From the human T2T-CHM13v2.0 reference genome, Homo sapiens, in the NCBI RefSeq assembly GCF_009914755.1, contig NC_060925.1: DNA of 64,000 nt; one strand, 5' to 3'. Of this stretch, positions 53,801 to 64,000 are shown in pieces. Position 1 is the stretch's first letter, and each line of letters starts with the position of its first letter. A program made the translations under genes and the position numbers. The notes under the pieces were generated by a model. That model was not told the DNA's origin. It did no database searches and worked only from the letters and a program-made list of their open reading frames with translations.

Positions 53801-55181
53801 TAATTTGTGTGAAAATACTTTAAAGTTTTGGTGTGAAAGATAATATGCGTGATACAGTACATGGTGTATGAATACAGTTGAGACAATAAATAAGTTGGAT
53901 AAATACAACAATGTACATAAATCTAATCTACATAAAGTCCTCCTCAGCATTTTTGCATATAAAAATATACCTGTAAAATATTAACAAAAACAGTTCTCTG
54001 CAGTTTCAGTGTTATGCATTTTATGAGTTTTCTCAGGTTTCATGATCCTGTGGACATTTCTGATATAATACTTGCATTTTCAAGTAAGATAAATAGCATT
54101 CTTTCTTTCTTTATCTTCCTATCTTTCTTTTTGTGTGTGTGTGTGTAACTTAACAAGGCTATCTTTCTTAGAGCTACCCAATTACCAAAAGAAGAAAGAA
54201 AGAAAAAGAAGAAAAAAAAGAAGATATTTTTAGTGTAGTTATTAAGAGAATGCCAAAAAAAATCTGTTTTTTGTTTAACAAGTTTTAGATTCTTCAAGAG
54301 CAGAATATATTAGAGACACTAACATGATATGTGTGTATACACATATACATATATATTATACATATATATAATATTTTAGTTTTGCATTTTTTATGCTCTT
54401 TTAGAAATGAGAAATTGAGCTTGGGTCCTATGAGGTAGATTATGGTTATTAAAATATGCCCCTAGGCTTAACTTCTCAGTTTTTCTCTCTTGTATTAACC
54501 TGGTGTGTGTGAGTGTGTGTGTGTGTAACTGTGAATCCTTACACATGCACTTAGGCTAATTAGAGCAGAGACATTTTTATGCTCTACATTCTGCCAATTT
54601 GAAACTAATTCTGAAGCTGTTCCTAAATGCAATATATCTGATCTAAGTGTTCCATACATATACTTATCAACTAGATATAGATACTGAACTCAGATATAAG
54701 ATACTTAAGTTCAGTAGGTTGTTTTGCATAATGACTTCAAAGAATCTTCCTTCCACCCCTGAGTATCTGACTTGAATTGAAATTCAAATTTAGCTTTATT
54801 AGAAAGGTTTTATAGGAAGGTTAATTAAGTTTTGACCCTCTTGAACCCTGATTCTGGGAAGATTCTATAAAATATTACACTTATGAACAGTTGGTCAGCA
54901 TATCAGCAGCATTTATTGAACATATTTATGAACGGAACACTAAGGGCTATAGATAATTGTGAATAAAATGAAGAATTTAATTCCTTTCCATAAGAAAGTT
55001 ATTATCTAATGAAAAAAAAGTAGAGTATATATTCAACTAAATGTCTCCCACTTATATAACAATAACCAGAAACCATACACACAAACTCAACATAATAAGA
55101 AATCAAGAAAAGTAGAAATTTAAAGGATTAAAAAAAAAGACAAGAGAAAGTGCCCACAGCAGGGCGATAAATGTTCTTCGT

Positions 55182-55484
<303 letters not shown>

Positions 55485-56596
55485 TCACTCTCTGCTTGGT
55501 TAAACCTGGCTTATTGGATCAGTGGAGTTGAAATTGGAAGAAATTAGTCATAGAGCATGAAATGCCTTGGCAGGTCTGTTTTACACTAAGGGTGTTAGAA
55601 GACATTTTTCCCAAATCATTTTCCCAAATTAGAAATATAGCTGTTTAAGATTTCTAGGTAAAATGCAGAAATAGTTTTCATAAAGTTCAGAGTACTTCTC
55701 AAGTTTTTATGGTAAAAGCTGTTCATGGCGGTATTTAATTATAAGAGCCCAAAACAATTGTTTTCAGAATTATTAGATTTTTAAAAATATTTCCCCAGCA
55801 ATGACCATTACCACCCACTCTCACTCCTAGACACACAAACTTACCCACATTCTTCAGCCTTATTTATCTAAATTCTTGGAGTTCATTTTAACCATCCACT
55901 GTAGTCCGATCATCTAATTTCCATATTCATTGCTCAGTAAGGAGTCTAATCACATTAGATGTTATACAACCCTCTTGAGCATGGAAAAAATAACTTTTTG
56001 TGTCATGACGCCTACTTGAACTTGACTTAAAAACACTGTGGGAGACACTCAATAAGCATCCACTTATTTGACTGGTGGAAGGAGAATCTGGAGCTGTATC
56101 TGGAGGCAAAATTGCATATTCATCACTTTTCCAAATTTGGATATATAGATGAATTTCTCAGTGTTTAATTGCTCAGTGAAGCCTTCCCCCAAGATTCCTG
56201 TGGAGTGTAAATGATAGAAAGAGAATTAAAAGATATCTTACGGCTGTAAGCTTCCCTTATCTGGTCCTTCACTTTAGCCGAAACTCTGTTATACTCAGAA
56301 GACCCTCTTACCACTAAGTAGAAATGCTGGGAAATGTGGGTGAGTATGGAGCAGCAAGCCTCTCCTTTGCATAATTTGAGGTATATATAAAAGACATTTC
56401 TATGCCAGAATCACCCTCCAATAAAAAAAAAATACTAAAAAACAATGATAAAGTTCTTGTGCATGACCTTTTAATAGGTCTGGAGGTAAACTTAGTAGTT
56501 TCTGATTGGTGTTTTAAGAAAATGAAGTCAAATATAATGTTGCACTGCATTATTGATGGTGTCATATTTGATATTAACTAGGTGATTCTTTGTTGC

Positions 56597-56939
<343 letters not shown>

Positions 56940-57265
56940 TAATTTTGGAAAAACACATGTACTTATTACCTCACAATGTAAAATATATTTTTACTCTGAG
57001 CAGAGACACTTACACTTTAAAAACCTTATTAGAATAAAGTATCATATCTTTGGAATTTTCTTGTGAAAAAAAACATGTTGCCTAAGCTCGAACCAAGAAG
57101 AATAATTGTGGAGCACTTCCTAGTGAGAGAATGCCAAGGCGTGGAGATACATCATGGAGGTAGTTCTATCAGGACACAGCACTGGCGGCCTATGAAGTGA
57201 TTTTGTCACAATGAGAGGGGTGAAAAGATTGATGAAGATTCTCAGTCTTTTGGCAAAGTACTGCT

Positions 57266-57478
57266 CAGGGGTGTCCAATCTTTTGGATTCCCTAGGCCAC
57301 ATTAGAGGAAGAAGAATTGTCTTAGGCCACACATAAAGTACACTAACACTAACAATAGCTGAAGAGCAAAAAAAAAAAAAAAGGAAAAAAATCAGAAAGT
57401 TTACAAATTTGTGTTGGGCCACATTCAAAGCCGCACTGGGCCACCTTCAGAATGTGAGACTCAGGTTGGACAAGCTTG
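57266..57478 (+). mobile_element. MER30 (hAT-Charlie MITE)
   Basis: 'caggggtgtccaatcttttgg...aagaagaattgtctt...ttggacaagcttg'. Confidence 0.92.
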
Positions 57479-57812
57479 GTCTACATGATAATTTTGCTCT
57501 GGGCCAAGCCTGGAATGATGACACAAAGTAGTTGCTCAACAAATCTTTCTTGAACAAATGAATGGCTAAAACCCTGGAAGGTTGTATTTTGCCCAAAATC
57601 TCTAGTGTTACTTCAAATCAAACTCAGAACTAAACCTAAGTAAACATTAGAATAAATATAACCTAATCACTTGGATTGTGAGGCAATTTTCCCTAGTGCT
57701 CTATATCTCTACATTTTTAGTCTTTACCAGTTCTCAGGTAGGACTAACAATATTGGCCAATAAAAAATAATTTCCAGAAACTGAGTTGGGGAAATAAGAC
57801 CAAATTATTTGA

Positions 57813-58128
<316 letters not shown>

Positions 58129-58219
58129 TGAAATAGCTTTTAAAAAATTAGTTAGAAAATATATGTTAATCTAGCAAAATAACATATATAAAAATAAATG
58201 AAAATAATGAAACAAAAAA

Positions 58220-58332
58220 ATTTTAGTTGTTTATATTTTTATTGGGTACAGAGTTGGTATATATATTTATGGAGTATATGAGATGTTTGATACAGGCATG
58301 CAGTGTGAAATAAGCACATCATGGAAAATTGC
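58220..58332 (-). mobile_element. L1MA 3' terminal fragment
   Basis: 'tatatatttatggagtatatgagatgtttgatacaggcatgcagtgtgaaataagcacatcatgga'. Confidence 0.85.
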
Positions 58333-58799
58333 TTATAATTTTTAAGAGGATTTGGTCTAGGGTTCCAGATTAGATCATGACTCCAGTGTTACATGTATAA
58401 TTGATACATTTTTGTGTTTTACATTATAATCCCAAGTTAAAATTTTACTGTTTATAATCAGCATTAGAACATTTAAGAAAACTTAATACTTTACTTGTTC
58501 GTAAGTTAACTCAATTTGCAAGAATAACCTAAATAGTTAAGGTGTGTTTCTTAGTCAGACACTGAAATATTAATCAAAAGCCAACATTTACCTGGAAATA
58601 GATGGGGCTAGCGAAGTGAAAGGAAAAGCCTTTATTCATCAGGCATTGAAATTCTGTACTAATTCCTATAAAGAAATTAAAAAGTGATGCAAAACAAAAT
58701 GAAAACCTAACTTTAAAATATCTCTACTTTCCCCTCAGCCCAGCAGCCTCCACTTTCTGTTTCAGTTGTGCTTTTTGGATCTTTTTTCTTTCTTTCAGT

Positions 58800-59240
58800 C
58801 AACAGGTACATTAATCAGTGTACAAAATTACCACAGTTGTGGCTGGAACACAAATATAAATACATAGATTGTGATCTCAAGAAGCCTACGTATTGATTAA
58901 TTGACCTAGTTGAGGAGAAAAGACATGAAGTACTAATAAAAAATAAAAATAAAAATGCAAGAGAGAATCTGATAAAGTGCAGGCATATGATAAGACAAGC
59001 TCTGTAGGAGGTCAGAGGTGGAGGCAGGTTTGGAAGGCACTACACAGCTGGGGCCTTGAAACACTGATAATAATCAGAAGGGTTGAATCATAAGGACAGA
59101 TAAATTCCAGGCCAGAAAAATAGAGGGAGTAAAAACACTGACGTAGAAATGCATTCAACATATTCAGAGACTAATGAATGTATCTGTATGAAAACTGCAA
59201 AGGATTTGTAGAACAGGTATAAAAAAAGGATAGAAAAGTA
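58800..59240 (-). mobile_element. L2 fragment
   Basis: Diverged reverse L2 3' end and purine-rich body. Confidence 0.5.
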
Positions 59241-59259
59241 GGTGAAGGAAGATGCTAGC

Positions 59260-60030
59260 CATTGCATCTAGCATATTGCACCTTCTCAATCTATTCTACC
59301 TATGTCTTTGTTAAAGGGATAGCTCTCGCCGACCTTGTTTGCGGGTGACCCAAACCTGCCCTTCTCCCTTTCTCCACCTCCCTCACCTGATTGGATCAGG
59401 AGTGGACACCTCAAAAAATGTGAATGAATCAGATTATCTGCTCCAGAAACTTGGAACAGGAACATTGTGAAACTGAGCCACTTATCTCTGGGAAGCAAAA
59501 CAGCAAGAACATGGAACCAAAGTCAGTGCTGTGGCAAACTAAAGGCAGGTGTAAACTGTAGTTATTATGGGAAAGCAGAAGGAAGTGTCCTGCAGAGGAA
59601 ATCTAAATGAAATGGGAAATGGAGCCAAACATACAGAGAAATACATGGTAGAATGTCTAAACGGGTAGTCTCTGGGACTAAGCCACCAGGAATCAATCCT
59701 AGCTCTTCCTTTAACAAGAAAGGTAATATTGAGAAAGTTACTAAACCTCCACGTACAATAGAAGATAAAATACAAACAGTAATTACCTTTGCATTGTTGT
59801 GAGAACTAAATGATATAATGTGTAGAAAGCATTTAGAACTATGCCAGGCTCATGGTAAGCAATGTCGCATGTTATTATCATTAAACCATCACTTTCCAGT
59901 TCCACCTATATTGCTTACATGGAGTCCTTCTGGTCTTAAAAATTAATTCTCCCCTCCAAAAAAATCTTGTTTGTTTGTTGAGCTAGTTTGATCAGTCCTA
60001 TTTGCCTTACAACAAAATACTTTCTAACCT
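59260..60030 (+). mobile_element. Old MLT1-type MaLR LTR containing a plus-strand MIR (about 59640-59880)
   Basis: 'ctgattggatcaggagtggacacct' and 3' end 'ttgagctagtttga...ccttacaacaaaa'; MIR 'ttgtgagaactaaatgatataatgtgtagaaagcatttagaac'. Confidence 0.6.
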
Positions 60031-61094
60031 GAATGACTTAAAAAATAAACTTGGATCAGACTAGGAAGACCTTGAGTATTAAAGAAGTTTGAATCCAGAA
60101 TACTGAAATTTTCTTCTTTGATACCTTTTTTCCTCAATCAACCCATTTCCCAGAATTTATCCAAGTACACTGAATCTCCCACTTACCCCAAACTTCCAAT
60201 TTGGTGAAATATGATAAAATAGAGAAAATTTACTTTTAAAAATTTCATCAATTCCTTGTATTAATACATGTTTGCTCTTGAAAAATGCAGCTTAAATTTG
60301 AGAATTTTGGTAAGCTTTTCCTGTAATTTTGAATGTGCTTAAAAATAGAAGAACTTAAACTAGGAACACACTCATCCTTTTCTATGGGATCATTGTCAAA
60401 CCCCCACTATTCAAGAAACCCAGCATAAATTATCATTTCTAAAAACTGCTAAGAAACTCAAGTTTTCTGAAGTGGTCTGTTCGGAGGTTTGTGCATTTTT
60501 CAGTGATCTGTAACAATGTATTTTTCTTCCCACCATCTACTGCAGGTGGGTTCACAGGTGGGACCTGAGGAGCATTTGGGGATTTTACCACGCGATTTTA
60601 AATTATTTTATTAAAACAATCAGTTTTCACTAGCTGTAAAAAGATATCCCACTGTAAGTAGATACGTTTGCAGTTATTTTGGAGGGAAAACTTCAAGACT
60701 AAATTAGTTTTTGAAACCCATCTTAGATTTTCATGTGAATTATATTCAGGAAAGAAAACAGTGACTTTTACATGACCATCTGTAACAGTTTGTGGGTAGA
60801 ACCGAAGTCTACAAAGTTGATTGTTTTTGAAGAATGAAAAAATAGTAAGTTACCATATTTCTAGTATTACAGCTTGATCTGAATATGATAATCCTAATTG
60901 GAATGTTTTCTCATACGTATTTGAATTGAAGAACAGTTTTTAGCAAGGTACTTTAAATTTATTTCATAATACTAAAACAGAGAATTCTTGTTTCAAAAAA
61001 GCAAATGATAAAAATAAAACTGTGTTTACATTCTATTCTCTTTTTCTAAATCTAAGTCAAACTATAAGTTAGTAAATTGATATTTTTAATACAA

Positions 61095-62825
61095 CTTTCT
61101 TAACTTTTAATTTTGAAATAAGTTTAGATTCATGGAAAAGCTGCAAAGATAGCAAAATGAAGTCCCCATATACCTTTCACCCAGATTTCTTAATGTTAAC
61201 ATCTTACATAACCATGTAGCATTTTTTGAAACTAAGAATTAACAATGGTACAATACTATTAGCTGAGTTAGACACTTCACCAAGTTTTCCACTCATGTCC
61301 TTTTCTGCTCATAGATCCAGTCCAGTATGCTGTATTGTATTTAGCTATCATGTCTCTTTAAATACCTCAAAACAGTGATGGCTTCTTGGTCTTTTGTCAT
61401 TTTTCATTACCTTGACACTTTTGAAGAGTACAGGTCAAATATTTTGTAGAATTTTACTGTATTGTCTGATGTTTTCTCATGATTAGACTGAGCTTATGAA
61501 TTTGGAGAACAATGCACCATAACATGATGTACATGATAGCAAAATGACTTCTTTCTGGTAAATATTAACTTTTATCACTTGGTTAAGGTAGTGTCTACCA
61601 GGTCTCTCCACGATTTTTCCCTTTCCATTTGCTAATCTTTGGAAGCAAGTCACTAAATTCAGTACATACTCAAGGAATGAGGAAGCAAGCTCCCCCCTCC
61701 TGGAGGAAGGAGTATCAAATATCTTGTAATAATTAATAAATATTTGAAGGTAGACATTTTGAGGCTATGCCGATATCCTGTTTTTCTTTAAAGTTCTACC
61801 CACTAACTTTGGCATACATCAGTCAATTTGCCTCCTCTAAGTTATTGCCTGCTCTATGGTACTGTAATTGTGATATTCTATTTTCCTAATTTACTGTACA
61901 TTTATTACTTGGAATTCTTCTGTGCAGAAGATGTATCCTTCTCCACCATATATTTGTTTATTACTCATTTATATCAGTATAAATTTGTGAGTTCCAGCAT
62001 CATAATCTATTTTAGTCTATTTTATGCTGCTCTAACAAAATACTGTAGACTAAGTAGTTCATAAAAAAAGAGAAATTTATTTTCTCACAGTTCTGGAGGC
62101 TGGGAAGTCCAAGATCAAGGCACTGGAAAGTTTGGTTGTCTGGTGAAGGGTACTCTTTGCTTCCAAAAGAGTGCCTTGTTGCTGCATCTTCCAGAGAGGA
62201 GAAATGCTGTGTCTTCACATGGAGAAAGATGAAAGGACCAAAGGGCCGAATAATGCATGAAGACTCTTTTATAAAAGTATTGATCTCATTTATGAGGGAG
62301 GAGCCTTCATGGCCTAATCACCTTTAAAAGGTCCCCTCTTAATACTATCATATTAGTCATTAAGTTTCAACACCTGAATTTTGAAGGGAATCCATTCAAA
62401 CCCTAGCATATAATCCAATACTATCATTATTTGTTTATTGCCCACGATGTTGCAGCTTTGGCCATTGGTGTCTCTTTCCGTTTGGCTCGAATGTCCTTTT
62501 GACATTACCCTATTCTTTTTTTCTTCTTATGTACTTCCTTACTGCACCAGGCTCATCTTGTATATTCCCTGCCCCATCCCTAGAATCAGTCATTTCTCTA
62601 AGAAATTTTATCTCTTTTATTAGAAAATGGTGTTTTGAAACAAAGATTAGGGTGCTAGGTGTGCTTATTGCTACTGGGGTGTCACTGCTTTTAGTACATC
62701 TCAGTGGACAGACCTAGAAAATATATGTGTGAATATTAACCTGTGTCTGAAGTTATTTCTGTATTTACCTGCCTTTATATATTTAAAATAAACATGAGAT
62801 CAGTGTGATATCTCTAATTCTGACA
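61095..62825 (-). mobile_element. L1MC/L1MD-like 3' UTR interrupted by an MST LTR
   Basis: 'ttttaattttgaaataagtttagattcatggaaaagctgcaaagatag', 'tttggaagcaagtcactaa' and 'ggtgctaggtgtgcttattgctactggggtgtca'. Confidence 0.85.
62008..62408 (-). mobile_element. MST (MSTC/D-like) MaLR solo LTR
   Basis: 'ttctcacagttctggaggctgggaagtccaagatcaagg...cattcaaaccctagca'. Confidence 0.9.
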
Positions 62826-64000
62826 ACATTTCCACATGCAAATTTTAAGTCAGCACAGATTTCATTCTAATATTTGTACACTTAGACTTGAAGGGTTTTT
62901 GTTTGTTTTAACTTTTAATTTTTCATATATATTTCATATATATTTAAAGAGAACAACATGATGTTTTGATATGCATCCTTTGATTCACTAAGAGTTTCAA
63001 TCGAGTTCATTATTTAAAATATCTTAAATTTTACATTACATTCAGCTTATTTAACATGATTAGCAAATGTTATATGGTACCCAGATAATTACATTAACTA
63101 TACATTCTTTCCACAAGCATTTACTGAACACTTATTTAGCACCGAGAGAAGCAGCAATAGTAAGACTTACAAGCCCTCTTCCCTCATAGAACTTTTACTT
63201 ACAGAGTAAATGCATTATGTGCATTATTTTAATTGCCTGTAATTTATTGAGTTTTGTTGTATGCTTTATCATAAATGTACCCTCAAAGTTCTTGCTCTCA
63301 GAATAGTTATGTTCTAAGGGGGCAATACAAAGGTATTATAAAAGTTTTGCCTTCATCACATGAACATATAGCATATCCATGTAAAATCCAACTTTTTAGG
63401 CTTAGTTTTTTTTTTAATATTTGTTTTTCCAGTTTTATTTTCCACTTTTCTTGTTAAGTCCTCAATAACTAATCAAATAAAGTACTGAAATGTTTATTAC
63501 GATAAGTATTTGTCATTTATGCCTTTAAAAACTGATCACAACTGTCATGGCAACTTACATGATAATAGGACAAACAGACTTCTCAGCAATCTCAGTTGGA
63601 AATGAAGTCATGATACCTATATTTGCTGTATATACTTGGCCCCTTGGCTGCCAAACCCATACCCATCTGTTTAGATGGCAGATTGCCTACTCATATGTTG
63701 GCTGCTCTCTTGTACTATGACATGAGTTCCCACCAATGACAGCTAACAAAATACTTCAGGAGGCAGCTCTTCTTACAGGAGGTCCTTTCCCATGCCAGAG
63801 TTAGAGAAGCAGTTGGCATCCCGCATCCATTTAAACTTTGTTACACCTGTTGACACTTCCGTGCCAAAAGCAGACAATGCGACAAATGAACAACAGAAAG
63901 CACAAAGAATTTAATGAAACTAAAAAATAACCCTTCTTACAAATAGATGCTCAATTTCACTGCTGATTACTTGCACAGTTGACATTTAATTAATGGTAAA

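Overview
AT-rich primate genomic DNA, probably human or another great ape, given a young AluY and an LTR12C. It reads as intergenic or deep intronic. I found no protein-coding exon, RNA gene or CRISPR array that I can support; the track ORFs are chance frames or come from repeats. The window is dominated by transposon relics. These include two near-full-length tail-to-tail L1s (L1MA2-like +, L1MA9-like -), a solo LTR12C, a full-length Hsmar1, a Tigger1, a piggyBac MER85, several hAT MITEs, about 15 Alu/FLAM copies, and MaLR/ERVL LTR, L2 and MIR fragments. I see no convincing new biological system. The strongest unexplained signal is a ~1.2 kb ORF2 patch in the older L1 that shares private inactivating mutations with the neighbouring inverted L1, which points to a local conversion or template-switch event. 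Also notable are a 243-bp tandem duplication of apparently unique DNA, a young AluY with a 51-nt pure tail, and retained binding sites for the domesticated transposases CSB-PGBD3 and SETMAR. Subfamily names come from my recall of consensus sequences, not from a RepeatMasker run, and boundaries of old repeats are approximate.
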